This document shows, in pieces, positions 47,393 through 57,574 of a stretch of 64,000 nt of DNA. Below the pieces are notes generated by a model. The model did no database searches. It was given only the letters and a program-made list of their open reading frames with translations, and was not told the DNA's origin. A program made the position numbers and the translations under genes. Where the stretch lies: positions 9,261 through 73,260 of the forward strand of contig CAIWAH010000141.1 in the NCBI GenBank assembly GCA_903910585.1, given 5' to 3'. The stretch comes from an uncultured Verrucomicrobiota bacterium. GTDB taxonomy: Bacteria; Verrucomicrobiota; Verrucomicrobiia; Limisphaerales; UBA9464. Every line of letters starts with the position of its first letter. The first letter of the stretch is position 1.

Positions 47393-47851
47393 ATGTCCCG
47401 GTCCCCCCTCTTGGAACGTTACGCCGAACGCCTCCGAATTACCCCTGAGGAGGCGCGCAGCCGGCTGTTCTATGAGTGCGTCCCCAACTGGAAACGCGGA
47501 TTGGTCCGGATACATCGCGTGGTTCGGCCGGGACTCTACCAGATGGATGTCCGCTTGGTGGATGAGGCCAGCAAGGCCACGAGTTATCAGGCCGTTCTCG
47601 ATGCGCTGGACCGGTGGAATCACCGCATGCCGGCGGTTCGGTCAATGGCGAGAATCCGATGGCATTGGCGGGTGTCTGGCCGGCGGCTGCTGACTTTGGC
47701 GCTGGCGTTGTTCCAAGATCAGACCGCGGTGGAAGAGCCCCATTCTACGTTGCCGCCGGACGCCCCGGGGGCCCCGGCTCCGGCAAAAAAGCCTCCGGTG
47801 CCTTCGCGTTCCAATCCGACTGTGGCGGATGTGGTGCGGGCGCACGGCTGA
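47393..47851 (+). CDS. hypothetical protein
   Basis: 152-aa ORF from ATG 47393 with a Pro/Ala-rich tail. No motif recognised. Confidence 0.4.
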   Translation: MSRSPLLERYAERLRITPEEARSRLFYECVPNWKRGLVRIHRVVRPGLYQMDVRLVDEASKATSYQAVLDALDRWNHRMPAVRSMARIRWHWRVSGRRLLTLALALFQDQTAVEEPHSTLPPDAPGAPAPAKKPPVPSRSNPTVADVVRAHG

Positions 47852-47919
47852 ACCGGGGGCGAGAATTTCCGTTCCTGTCCTTTTCGCCGGCGCAGCGAGC
47901 CGCTTAGGCTGGCGCCGCG

Positions 47920-49185
47920 ATGCCGTTGCCGGAGCTCATCGAAGTCCAGCCTTTGTCACGCCCTGTCCGGGCCGAAATCACCGTGCCCGGTTCCAAAAGC
48001 ATCACCAACCGCGCACTCGTGCTGGCGGCCTTGGCGGACGGTGTGACCGTGCTCAAGGGGGCGTTATGGAGCGAGGACACCGAGGTGATGGTCAACTGCC
48101 TCCACCGGCTCGGATTCGACGTGGCGGTGGCGCAGGATCCGGTCGAGCCCGCCAATCGCACGATGACGGTTCATGGCCTCGGGGGACGAATTCCTCGCGG
48201 CGGAACCGCCGCTGAGCCGCTCGAGCTGCACGTCGGAAATGCCGGCACGGCGGCGCGTTTTCTTGCGGCGATGGTATGCTTGGGAAGCGGTATCTTCGGG
48301 CTGAGCGGCGTGGCGCGGATGCACGACCGTCCTCAGTCAGCGTTGCTCGACGCACTCCGATCCCTCGGCTACCGGATCGATTCAAGCAACGGCTGCCTTC
48401 CGGCGGTCATTCACGGAGACGGCCGACGCCCCGGAACGGTCTGTGTCAGCGTTGAGGAGAGCTCCCAGTTCGCTTCGGCCCTGCTGCTGTCAGCCCGGCA
48501 CGGCGGTTGGGACGTTTCGGTGGCCGGAGCCAATCCGGAAGAGCTGCCCTACGTGGAAATGACCCGGCAACTGGTGGCGGCTTTCCCCCGTTCTGGAGGC
48601 GAGTTTCAGATTGAACCGGATGCGTCCAGCGGCAGCTATTTTTGGGCTGCCGGCCAGCTGCTGGACGCTCCGGTTTCGGTGCGGGATTGGCCGAGTTCCG
48701 GGTGGCAGATTGATGCCGAGTTTCCCCGGCGGTTGCCTTTGCCTGCGGTGCTGTCCCGGGAGAGTGATCTGGGTGACTCCATCATGACGGCAATCGTCCT
48801 CGGGGCCTTTGCCGGTCACGAAGTTCACTTCACTGAACTCGGCCGGCTGCGCGTGCAGGAATGCGAACGCGTGTCCGCGTTGCGGACCGAATTGACCAAG
48901 TGCGGGGCGAACATCACTGAGGTGGGGGACACGCTGGTGGTTCAACCGGGCCCGCTGCACGGCGCGGAAATTGAGACCTATCGCGATCACCGGATGGCGA
49001 TGTGTTTCGCCATCTTGGGCCTGCGGGTTCCAGGGATGCGGTTGCGCAATCCCGCCTGCGTGAAAAAGACCTTTCCCAACTTTTTTGCCAAACTGGCCGC
49101 GCCACCGCCGCATGGACTGGGAGCCTCGATCACCGAGGTCGGGTCCGGACGTCGTCTGGCCGGAGACGAACTTCTTGCCGACTGA
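47920..49185 (+). CDS. aroA: 3-phosphoshikimate 1-carboxyvinyltransferase (EPSP synthase)
   Basis: PGSKSITNRALVLAALADG, GNAGTAARFL, and DHRMAMCFAILGL at the C-terminus. Confidence 0.95.
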   Translation: MPLPELIEVQPLSRPVRAEITVPGSKSITNRALVLAALADGVTVLKGALWSEDTEVMVNCLHRLGFDVAVAQDPVEPANRTMTVHGLGGRIPRGGTAAEPLELHVGNAGTAARFLAAMVCLGSGIFGLSGVARMHDRPQSALLDALRSLGYRIDSSNGCLPAVIHGDGRRPGTVCVSVEESSQFASALLLSARHGGWDVSVAGANPEELPYVEMTRQLVAAFPRSGGEFQIEPDASSGSYFWAAGQLLDAPVSVRDWPSSGWQIDAEFPRRLPLPAVLSRESDLGDSIMTAIVLGAFAGHEVHFTELGRLRVQECERVSALRTELTKCGANITEVGDTLVVQPGPLHGAEIETYRDHRMAMCFAILGLRVPGMRLRNPACVKKTFPNFFAKLAAPPPHGLGASITEVGSGRRLAGDELLAD

Positions 49186-49907
49186 TGCCCGCAGCCAAAT
49201 CCAAATCGCCAGCCGAAAAGCCAGGCTCGCGTTCCATGAAACTACCACAGGTCGTCGCCATTGATGGCCCCAGCGCGTCCGGCAAGGGCACCCTGTCCCG
49301 GCGCTTGGCGAAGGAGCTTGGTTACTACTACGTCGATTCCGGGGCGATGTATCGCACGCTCGCGTGGCAATGCCTGCGGAAGGGCGTGCCCGTGCCGGCG
49401 GAACCGAAGCTCCTGAACCGGGACACGGAGAAGCCCATCCTGGCCGAGCTCCGTCGGTGGAAGACGGAACTGCGGGAGGTGGAAGGGGCGCTCTGGCTGC
49501 ACGTGGACGGATATTTCCCGAAGTCGGAGATCCGCACCAACGATGTGGAGAAGACCGTCCCGATCATCGCCCAGATCGGAAAAGTCCGTGACTGGATGGT
49601 CGCCAAGCAGCGGGAGTGCTCCACCTTGGGGGCGCTGGTGATGGAAGGCCGCGATATTGGCACCGAAGTGTTCCCGCTGGCGCCGGTGAAGTTCTTCCTG
49701 GATGCCAGTCCCGCGGCCCGGGCGGCACGACTCGAAGGACGTGGCAACGTGGCGGACACCAAGCGCGACGAATACGACGAGAAGCGCAAACAGGGAGCAC
49801 TGATTCCCGCCATTGACGCGATTCGGGTCGACAACACCGGACAGTCTCCGGACGAAACCTTTGCCGTGCTGATGATGCACGTCCGGACGCGCCTGAAGTT
49901 GAACTGA
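49185..49907 (+). CDS. cmk: cytidylate kinase
   Basis: VVAIDGPSASGKGTLSRRLAKELGYYYVDSGAMYR. ATG 49185 overlaps the aroA stop (TGATG); alternative ATG at 49236. Confidence 0.9.
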   Translation: MPAAKSKSPAEKPGSRSMKLPQVVAIDGPSASGKGTLSRRLAKELGYYYVDSGAMYRTLAWQCLRKGVPVPAEPKLLNRDTEKPILAELRRWKTELREVEGALWLHVDGYFPKSEIRTNDVEKTVPIIAQIGKVRDWMVAKQRECSTLGALVMEGRDIGTEVFPLAPVKFFLDASPAARAARLEGRGNVADTKRDEYDEKRKQGALIPAIDAIRVDNTGQSPDETFAVLMMHVRTRLKLN

Positions 49908-49910
49908 TCC

Positions 49911-51668
49911 GTGTCTTCAGGCGTCTGGATACCAAGCTGCCGAATGAAACCCTGCCTGTCCCTCCGGAAGTCCGTCGTCCTCCGATGGTGCCTTGTTTGC
50001 GGCTGGTTGGTGGCTGGCAGCCGGGCGTGGGGAGACGGGGGCGACGTCGTGCTGCTGTTCAACCGCCGGGTTCCCCAGTCGCTGGAGGTGGCCCGGCACT
50101 ATGCGGAAAAGCGGCTGGTGCCGACCAATCAGATCCTTGGTTTTGAATTTCAGGATCAGGTTGCCATCACGCGCCAGGATTACATGGCGTTTGCCGAGGA
50201 CTTTTTGATCAAGGAACTCGAGCGCCGCGGGTTGGCCCGGTTCCGGAAGGAGATCGTGCCGATGCAGGCCGGTCGGCCGGGACGCGTGAAGTATCACCTG
50301 ACCGAGTCCAAGGTCCGCTACCTCGTGCCGACCTATGGTGTTCCCTGGCAGATTCGCGAGGCCCCGGGTTGGGGCGAAGCCCCCACGCCCGGCATGCCGG
50401 CGGCCGTGAAACGCAACGAGGCGTGTCTCGACAACGAATTGGCCGTGCTGCCGCGGCATGGCCAATGGCCGTTCGACGGTCCGCTGCGCAACGTCTGCTT
50501 CTCCCGCACGAACGCCGCGGAAATCCACCCCACACAGGGCGTCTTCATCGTCAGCCGGTTGGACGGACCCAGCCCGGAGATCGCGAAAGCGCTGGTCGAC
50601 AAGGCGCTGGTCGCCGAACAGGAAGGTCTCTGGGGGCGGGCCTATTTCGACCTCCGCAACATCACCAACGGCGCCTACGCTCCCGGCGACCGTTGGATCA
50701 CCAACGCCTCCACGGTTGCCCGTGATGTGGGTTTCGAGACCGTGGTGGACAACCGGCCGGCCGTGTTCAACAACGCCTTCCCGATGAGCCAGATCGCGCT
50801 CTACTTCGGCTGGTATGAGGGCACGGTAACGGGGCCGTTCGCGCTGTCGTCGGTCGAGTTCGGTCCGGGGGCGCTCGCCTACCATCTGCATTCCTTCAGT
50901 GCCGGGAACCCACGCAGTTCGACCGCGAACTGGGTCGGCCCCTTCCTCGCCAAGGGCGTGACGTTCACCATGGGATGCACCGCGGAACCCTATCTCGGCT
51001 TCACGCCGCAGGTGGATGTCTTTGCGGAGAGCCTGCTGAAACTCGGATTCACGGCGGGCGAAGCGGCCCACAACTGCCTGCCGGTCCTGTCGTGGCAGAC
51101 GGTGGTGGTGGGCGATCCGCTCTACCGGCCCGGAGTGAAGAATCCCATCGAATGGGCGGACGAACTTGGGGCCCGCAACAGTCCGCAGCAGGACTGGGCC
51201 GAGCTGCGCAAGGTCAACCTGCACCTGCGCGCCGGACGCGATCCCGAAGTGCTGCGGGAATACCTGATCCAGCTTCCCTTCGCGCGGAGCAGTGCGGTGA
51301 TCTGCGAGAAAGTGGCAGACCTGTTCGCCGACAAGGGCTCCTACGACGCGGCTACGGAATGGGCGGGGCTGGCGCTGAAGGCCGGCGGCACGCCGCAGCA
51401 ACGGGTGCGCGTTTTGCGGACGCTGGCCGAGTGGCAACGACTCTACGGGCAGCCGGCGGATTCGCTCAACAGCCTGAACCAGTTCACGCTGGAGTTCCCC
51501 GGCCATCCCGACCTGCTGGCGGTGCGTCGGGAACAGCTTCGTCTGGCCAAAGAACTGGGCCGGACCGAACAGACCCAGTTCCTGCAGGAGGAAATTCTCC
51601 GGCTTGATCCGCCGAAAACAAACGCTGTTCCGGCAACCAACGTCACCGTGAAACCCTCCGGGAAATGA
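49911..51668 (+). CDS. TIGR03790-like conserved hypothetical secreted protein with helical-repeat C-terminus
   Basis: VVLLFNRRVPQSLEVARHYAEKRLVP.. and ..GCTAEPYLGFTP..LSWQTVVVGDPLYRP match my recollection of that family. GTG at 49911; alternative ATG at 49944. Confidence 0.6.
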   Translation: MSSGVWIPSCRMKPCLSLRKSVVLRWCLVCGWLVAGSRAWGDGGDVVLLFNRRVPQSLEVARHYAEKRLVPTNQILGFEFQDQVAITRQDYMAFAEDFLIKELERRGLARFRKEIVPMQAGRPGRVKYHLTESKVRYLVPTYGVPWQIREAPGWGEAPTPGMPAAVKRNEACLDNELAVLPRHGQWPFDGPLRNVCFSRTNAAEIHPTQGVFIVSRLDGPSPEIAKALVDKALVAEQEGLWGRAYFDLRNITNGAYAPGDRWITNASTVARDVGFETVVDNRPAVFNNAFPMSQIALYFGWYEGTVTGPFALSSVEFGPGALAYHLHSFSAGNPRSSTANWVGPFLAKGVTFTMGCTAEPYLGFTPQVDVFAESLLKLGFTAGEAAHNCLPVLSWQTVVVGDPLYRPGVKNPIEWADELGARNSPQQDWAELRKVNLHLRAGRDPEVLREYLIQLPFARSSAVICEKVADLFADKGSYDAATEWAGLALKAGGTPQQRVRVLRTLAEWQRLYGQPADSLNSLNQFTLEFPGHPDLLAVRREQLRLAKELGRTEQTQFLQEEILRLDPPKTNAVPATNVTVKPSGK

Positions 51669-51686
51669 GGCCGAGGGCACCGCGGT

Positions 51687-53729
51687 TCACTTCTTGACCG
51701 GCTCTCTTGCGGCCAATGTGGACACCAGCCGGAACAGTTCATCTTCGCTGAGTTGTTCATTGTGCTCGGTGAACTTGTCCGCAAATCCAAGGGCCTGATA
51801 GCTGTCCTTGATCCAACCGGTGTCGAATCGTCCTGCGGTCTGGGTGAGCACAAGCTTTTTGGGGGCAACCAAGGCGGCGCAGACCGGCAGTCCGCCGGAG
51901 AGCAGGGCACCCGGAAAGAACCGGCTCGGTTGCATCAGGCGATCGGTTGCGTTCGGATTGGCCGCCTCGCAGTCCGCGATCGTGGCATCCACCATGTTGC
52001 CGGCCATCATGGTCCACGCGCCGGCTTCGCCAAAGCCGAGGAGGATTTTCTTTCGCCCGGTGACAAACTTGGCCGCAAAAGCGCAGGCGGTGCGAGTGTC
52101 CTGAACGCGCTCCTGGAAGATGGTCCGGTTGTAGGTGGTGTAGTGGTTCTCGAACAGCGGCGGAAGCTCCCTCCGGTTGCGGCCGGTTTCGTAGGCATCG
52201 AAGGCCAACACCGCGTAACCGTCGCGCACCAGTCGGGCGGCAAAGGTGCTGAGTTTGCCGCCCTTCTCGATCACTGCTTTGCCGTCCGGATGAGCGATGA
52301 TGATCACCGCATCCAGCCATCCCTCGTCATTCGGCATCAGCAAGGTCTTCTCAATCCGGTCGCCTTTGCCCGGGCGCCCAAAGGCACCGAACGGCATCAC
52401 GTCCCACTCCGAACCGTCGAGGGCCAAAGTGTGTCGCTGGAGCACACGCTGGATGTTCATGAAATTGGTGAACGACGCGGCGTCGGTGGGCCGCAGCCGG
52501 TCGAGGGCTGCCTGGCGGGCTTTGGTCCATTCCGCGATGAAATCGGCTTCTCCCAGCGCGGTGGGGGGAGACTTTCCGTCCGGAAAAACCTGCAAGTCGG
52601 CATCCGGTTCCTTGGAATACGCTTTCTCGGGTGTGGCGGTGCCGGCGGGTTTGCCCAACATCCATTGGCCGGCCCACGAATAGACCTGTTCGCGCGTGGC
52701 GCGATTGTAGTTGTGGGGGAAATCCAGCCGGACCGAAGCGAAGTTGGTCGGCCGATCGATCAGTTTGTAGACACCCGCGATGGCCGGGCCTTCAACTTCC
52801 AGGGTCGCCTTTGTCCAGTCGCCGGTCGCCCCCACCAGCAACTGGGGCTTGGGGGCCGCTGCGGCGGCAAAGTCCACGTTGAAGTGCCGGATGCGGAGGC
52901 CGGGTGCATTTTCGCACCAGCAGCCGCCCTGCATCGTGTGGGACACCATCACGATGGGGGCCGTGAATCGGACGCGTTCCTCCACCGCGGCCAGCAGGAA
53001 AGTCTGGGTGCCGCCGCCGGATTCGCCGGTGCAGCCGATGGCGCGTGAATTCACGTCAGGCAGTGCCGCCACAAAATCCACCGCCCGCATCGCGTTCCAC
53101 AGCTGGAGGCCGAGCAGATTCAGATTCCAGAGCTGGTTCGTCGGGTCTCGGAACAGGGCGACGTGATTGTCGTAGAATTTGGGTTTGATCAGCTTGCCTT
53201 CGCTGTCCCGAGCCGAGAACTGGGCGGTGTCGTTGTAGCCCAGCATGTCCCACGAAAACGCCACCATTCCCATGCGGGCGAACTGGATGCACCGCGCCGC
53301 CGTGCTGAAGGTGGCATCGTCGGTGAGCCGGCCGAATTCCGAGTGCCCGTGGGGATTGAGCATGGCCGGGAAGGGGCCCTTTCGGCCGAGCGGCCGATAG
53401 AGATTGCCGGCGACGAAAAGGCCGGGAAACGACTCGAACTGCACCTTTTCGACCGTGTAGCCGTCCCGCTCGATCCGGCCGCTGATCTGGGCGTTAAGCG
53501 GCGTGCGGGTTGGCAGCGGCCACAGCCCGGCGCTCACGAGGATTTGGTTCCGGGCGTCGGCCTGTTGCCGCCACCACTGGTTCGAATTGGTGTAGGTGCC
53601 GAAAGTTCGCGGGGTGTTCAGTGTGACCGGCGTCCGCCCGCGCCGATCCTGTTCGGGAAAAGTCGGTTGGGCCGTCGCGCGCCACGCGGTCAGCAAAAAG
53701 AAAACCCCCATGAACCATTGGCGATACAT
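51687..53729 (-). CDS. secreted alpha/beta hydrolase (acetyl-xylan-esterase/dienelactone-hydrolase-like), two-lobed
   Basis: Signal peptide MYRQWFMGVFFLLTAWRATAQ, AMLNPHGH, and nucleophile elbow GCTGESGGG. Start at ATG 53729 (track GTG 53759). Confidence 0.75.
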   Translation of the reverse strand: MYRQWFMGVFFLLTAWRATAQPTFPEQDRRGRTPVTLNTPRTFGTYTNSNQWWRQQADARNQILVSAGLWPLPTRTPLNAQISGRIERDGYTVEKVQFESFPGLFVAGNLYRPLGRKGPFPAMLNPHGHSEFGRLTDDATFSTAARCIQFARMGMVAFSWDMLGYNDTAQFSARDSEGKLIKPKFYDNHVALFRDPTNQLWNLNLLGLQLWNAMRAVDFVAALPDVNSRAIGCTGESGGGTQTFLLAAVEERVRFTAPIVMVSHTMQGGCWCENAPGLRIRHFNVDFAAAAAPKPQLLVGATGDWTKATLEVEGPAIAGVYKLIDRPTNFASVRLDFPHNYNRATREQVYSWAGQWMLGKPAGTATPEKAYSKEPDADLQVFPDGKSPPTALGEADFIAEWTKARQAALDRLRPTDAASFTNFMNIQRVLQRHTLALDGSEWDVMPFGAFGRPGKGDRIEKTLLMPNDEGWLDAVIIIAHPDGKAVIEKGGKLSTFAARLVRDGYAVLAFDAYETGRNRRELPPLFENHYTTYNRTIFQERVQDTRTACAFAAKFVTGRKKILLGFGEAGAWTMMAGNMVDATIADCEAANPNATDRLMQPSRFFPGALLSGGLPVCAALVAPKKLVLTQTAGRFDTGWIKDSYQALGFADKFTEHNEQLSEDELFRLVSTLAAREPVKK

Positions 53730-53755
53730 GGGGGCAGAGTAACGGTGGCGGCGAA

Positions 53756-55597
53756 TCACGCCAGCACGCGCTCCAGCAGCGTGTTCATCCGCTTCAGCAG
53801 GGCGCGGGGATCTTCCATCACTCCTGCCGCCACGCGGGCCTGGTCCAAGATCGTGGCGGCGACGTCGCCCGCGAAGGCGAGATCCTTATGCCGGGCGGCT
53901 TCCAATCGGACGATGATGGGGTGGGCCGGATTGATCTCGAGGTCGAGCTTGGTCGGGCTGACAGCGTCCTCGTCCTTCTTCAGGGCTTTCAGCATCCGGC
54001 GCATGCTGTTGGTCATGAACTTGTCGGCGTCCACGACGACGGCCGGACTGTCCACGAGACGCTGCGACACACGGACCTCATTGATCTGGTCGCCGAGCGT
54101 GGACTTAAGCCATTCGGCGAGCGACTTGCCGGTGGCTTCGTCGAGGGCACCGTCCTTCTTAGGGGCGTCGAGGTTGAGGTCGGCCTTTTCCGCGGACTTG
54201 AGCGGTTTGCCGTCAAATTCCCGCAGGTGTTCCATGACGAATTCGTCCCAGGCGTCGTAGAGGAACAGCACCTCGAACTTGCGCTCGCGGAAAACCTCGA
54301 AATACGGGCTGGCTTCGGCCGCCTCGCGGTTTGGCGCCATCAGGCAGTAAATCTCCTTCTGCTCGGACGACATGCGTTTCACGTAGTCCGCGAGCGAGGT
54401 CGTCTTGCCCTTCTCGGTGTGGGATGACTCGTAACGGACCAATTTGCCGAGGGCTTCCTTGTGCGTGAAATCGGTGACGATGCCCTCCTTCAGGAAGCGC
54501 TGATACTCGGCGTAAAACTTCTCGTAGGTCTCGGGCTCCTTCTCGGCCGTCTCATCGAGGAACTTCAGGAAGCGGGTGGTGAGCACCTTGTTCAGCTTCT
54601 GCATCAACGATGTGTCCTGCATCGTCTCGCGGGAGATGTTCAGGGGGAGGTCCTCGCTGTCCACGACTCCCTTCAGGAAGCGCAGCCACTCGGGGAAGAG
54701 TCCCTTGGACTTGGCCTGGATGAGCACTTTCCGGCAGTAGAGGTTCACCTCCGATTCCACGCGGCCCATGCCCATCGTCTCCCAGTTCTTCTGCGGCACG
54801 AACAGCAGCGACTGGATCGCCAGCGGGGCGTCGGCATTGAAGTGAAGGCGCAGGAGCGGCGTCTCGTGGTCGTGCCCGATGAACTGGTAAAACTCGTCGT
54901 ATTCCTCCGGCTTGATCTCGCTTTTGCTGCGGGTCCACAGCGCCTGAACGGTGTTCACCTTGTCGCCGTTCAGCTCGATCGGGAACGGCACGAAGCTGGA
55001 GTAACGCTTGATGATCCGTTCGATTGCGGACTTTTCCGCGAACTCCTTGGCCTCGTCCTTGAGCTCCAGCGTGATCTTCGTTCCGCGGGCAACGTCGCCA
55101 CCCGCCGGGGCGATTTCGTAGCCGCCTGCGCCCTCGCTGGTCCACACCCATGCGGGTTCGCCGCTGGCCGACCGGCTTTCCACGGTGACCCGCTTGGCCG
55201 CCATGAATGCGGCGTAAAAGCCCACGCCGAACTGGCCGATCAGACCCACATCCGGCTTCTTCTCCTCGGCCAACTGCTTGAGGAACGCCTTGGTGCCGGA
55301 ATGCGCGATGGTTCCCAGGTTCTTCACCAGCTCGTCGTGGGTCATGCCGATGCCGGTGTCCGTGATGGTCAGCGTGCCCGCCTTGTCATCGGCGGTGAGC
55401 GAAATCGTCGGCGCGATTTCCGCCTGGTGCACGGCTGCTCCTGACGCCTGGGTGAAGCGCAATTTTTCGCAGGCGTCGGCGGCATTGGAAATCAGCTCGC
55501 GGACGAAGATCTCCTTGTCGGTGTAGAGCGAGTGGATGACGATGTTCAGCAACTGCTGAATCTCGGCCTGAAACGAATGCTTTTCGGGTGCGTTCAT
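53756..55597 (-). CDS. htpG: molecular chaperone HtpG (Hsp90)
   Basis: FQAEIQQLLNIVIHSLYTDKEIFVRELISNAADA and GQFGVGFYAAFM. Start at ATG 55597. Confidence 0.95.
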   Translation of the reverse strand: MNAPEKHSFQAEIQQLLNIVIHSLYTDKEIFVRELISNAADACEKLRFTQASGAAVHQAEIAPTISLTADDKAGTLTITDTGIGMTHDELVKNLGTIAHSGTKAFLKQLAEEKKPDVGLIGQFGVGFYAAFMAAKRVTVESRSASGEPAWVWTSEGAGGYEIAPAGGDVARGTKITLELKDEAKEFAEKSAIERIIKRYSSFVPFPIELNGDKVNTVQALWTRSKSEIKPEEYDEFYQFIGHDHETPLLRLHFNADAPLAIQSLLFVPQKNWETMGMGRVESEVNLYCRKVLIQAKSKGLFPEWLRFLKGVVDSEDLPLNISRETMQDTSLMQKLNKVLTTRFLKFLDETAEKEPETYEKFYAEYQRFLKEGIVTDFTHKEALGKLVRYESSHTEKGKTTSLADYVKRMSSEQKEIYCLMAPNREAAEASPYFEVFRERKFEVLFLYDAWDEFVMEHLREFDGKPLKSAEKADLNLDAPKKDGALDEATGKSLAEWLKSTLGDQINEVRVSQRLVDSPAVVVDADKFMTNSMRRMLKALKKDEDAVSPTKLDLEINPAHPIIVRLEAARHKDLAFAGDVAATILDQARVAAGVMEDPRALLKRMNTLLERVLA

Positions 55598-55660
55598 GAT
55601 TGTCGGTTTGTTTAGAGGCCACCGGACGTTCGTCAAGTAGGCCGGGAAGTCATTGTCGAT

Positions 55661-55849
55661 TCAGTCGAAGTCCGAACAGCTCATGAAATAGTGGCAGCGG
55701 GGACAGCGGAGCTTGCAGCCCTGGTTGTGCAGTTCGTGGCCGCAGCGCGGACACCATCGCCAATGTTCGCCCACGGAGTTATCCGGCGCATTTTCCGTGG
55801 GGGCTTCGGAATCCGGACGGGGCACGGGTGAATTTGGTGACGATTCCAT
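55661..55849 (-). CDS. small zinc-ribbon protein
   Basis: 62 aa from ATG 55849; WCPRCGHEL..CKLRCPRCHYFMSC (CxxC..CxxC). Confidence 0.45.
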   Translation of the reverse strand: MESSPNSPVPRPDSEAPTENAPDNSVGEHWRWCPRCGHELHNQGCKLRCPRCHYFMSCSDFD

Positions 55850-56037
55850 GTGCCGGATGATTGAAAATCCCGGGCCTCCGTAAAGGTGGCATCGGCGGAA
55901 TTGAACATTCGAAGGCGTCGTCGGTCCTCCCGATGGCGGCGGCGGACGGGCCACGGAACCCTTGACGGGTCAATTTGGCCCATTATCTCTAACGCCCCGT
56001 CAGATACATAAACAGCTTCGGGCAGCGCATTGTCAGC

Positions 56038-56766
56038 ATGATTACCGTCGAAAATCTGCACAAAGAGTTCGGCCCCAAGAAGGCCGTGAACGGCATTTCG
56101 TTCAGCGTCAAGAAGGGCGAGATCCTCGGATTCCTCGGCCCCAACGGTGCCGGCAAATCCACCACCATGCGAATGATCACGGGCTTCATCCCCCCGACCT
56201 CGGGCCGGGTGACCGTGGGTGGGCATGACATCGCCGAGAACCCGATCCCGGCCAAGAAATTGATCGGTTACCTGCCGGAAAGCGCTCCGTGCTACAGCGA
56301 CATGACCGTGCACGGGTTCCTGAGCTTCGCCGCCGAGGTTCGCGGCCTTCACGGCACGGTGCGCGAAGATGCGATTCGCCGCGTCGTGGGGCAGTGCTTT
56401 CTGGAGGCGGTGCTCCATCAGTCGGTGGACACCCTCTCCAAAGGCTACCGGCACCGCACCTGCCTCGCCCAATCCATCATCCACGATCCTGAGGTGCTCA
56501 TCTTGGACGAACCGACCGACGGTTTGGACCCCAACCAAAAGCACGAAATCCGGCAGTTGCTCAAACGCTTCGGCAAGGACAAGGCCATCATCTTTTCGAC
56601 CCACATCCTCGAAGAAGTGGACGCCGTGTGCGACCGGGCCATCATCATTGATCGCGGCCGCGTAGTGGCCAGCGGCACACCGACGGAACTACGCGGTGGC
56701 CATGCCCGGCTGGATGAATTCTTCCGCAGTGTGACCGTGTCCGACACGGCGCGGCGGGCCGACTGA
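56038..56766 (+). CDS. ABC transporter ATP-binding protein (ABC-2/GldA-like)
   Basis: Walker A GPNGAGKST, signature LSKGYRHR, Walker B LILDEPTDGLD. Confidence 0.92.
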   Translation: MITVENLHKEFGPKKAVNGISFSVKKGEILGFLGPNGAGKSTTMRMITGFIPPTSGRVTVGGHDIAENPIPAKKLIGYLPESAPCYSDMTVHGFLSFAAEVRGLHGTVREDAIRRVVGQCFLEAVLHQSVDTLSKGYRHRTCLAQSIIHDPEVLILDEPTDGLDPNQKHEIRQLLKRFGKDKAIIFSTHILEEVDAVCDRAIIIDRGRVVASGTPTELRGGHARLDEFFRSVTVSDTARRAD

Positions 56767-56805
56767 ACCTGAACCGACCCTGAGAACGACTACGAATCTG
56801 TTCCC

Positions 56806-57555
56806 ATGACTTCCGAATCACTTCGCAACATCTGGACCATCGCGAAGCGCGAACTGGTGGGTTACTTCAACTCGCCGGTCGCCTACGTGTTCATTGTCAT
56901 CTTCCTGCTGCTGAATGGTTTCTTCACCTTCATGCTCGGTGGCTTCTTCGAGCGCGGGGAGGCCAATCTGAATGCCTTCTTCACCTGGCATCCGTGGCTT
57001 TACCTGTTCCTGGTGCCCGCGGCTGGCATGCGCCTCTGGGCGGAAGAACGTCGGGTCGGCACGTTGGAATTGCTCCTGACCATGCCCATCGCGGCGTGGG
57101 AGGCGATCGTCGGCAAATTCCTCGCCTGCTGGGCGTTCCTGGCGTTGGCGCTGGCGCTGACCTTCCCGGTGGCAACCACCGTCTGTTACCTCGGCGACCC
57201 TGACATCGGCGGCATCATCGCCGGCTACGTCGGCAGCCTGCTGCTGGCCGGAGCTTACCTGGCGGTCACCGTGATGACGTCGGCGCTGACCCGGAATCAG
57301 GTCATCAGCTTCATCCTGTCGGTCGTCATCTGCTTCTTCCTGATTCTCGCCGGCTGGGAGCCGGTCACCAACCTGCTGGTGCGCTGGGCCCCGGACTGGT
57401 TTGTGAATGTCGTGGCCTCGTTCAGCGTGATGCCGCATTTCGCCGGCTTCCAACGGGGCGTGCTCGATCTGCGTGACCTGCTGTTTTTCGTCAGCGCGAT
57501 GGTGTTCTGCCTGTTCTCAACCAGTGTGATTCTCCGCGGCCTCCGCGGCGCCTGA
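56806..57555 (+). CDS. ABC-2 type permease (GldF-like)
   Basis: IAKRELVGYFNSPVAYVFIVIFLLLNGFF and 6 TM helices. Confidence 0.85.
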   Translation: MTSESLRNIWTIAKRELVGYFNSPVAYVFIVIFLLLNGFFTFMLGGFFERGEANLNAFFTWHPWLYLFLVPAAGMRLWAEERRVGTLELLLTMPIAAWEAIVGKFLACWAFLALALALTFPVATTVCYLGDPDIGGIIAGYVGSLLLAGAYLAVTVMTSALTRNQVISFILSVVICFFLILAGWEPVTNLLVRWAPDWFVNVVASFSVMPHFAGFQRGVLDLRDLLFFVSAMVFCLFSTSVILRGLRGA

Positions 57556-57574
57556 ACCTGTCTTTCTGCGAACC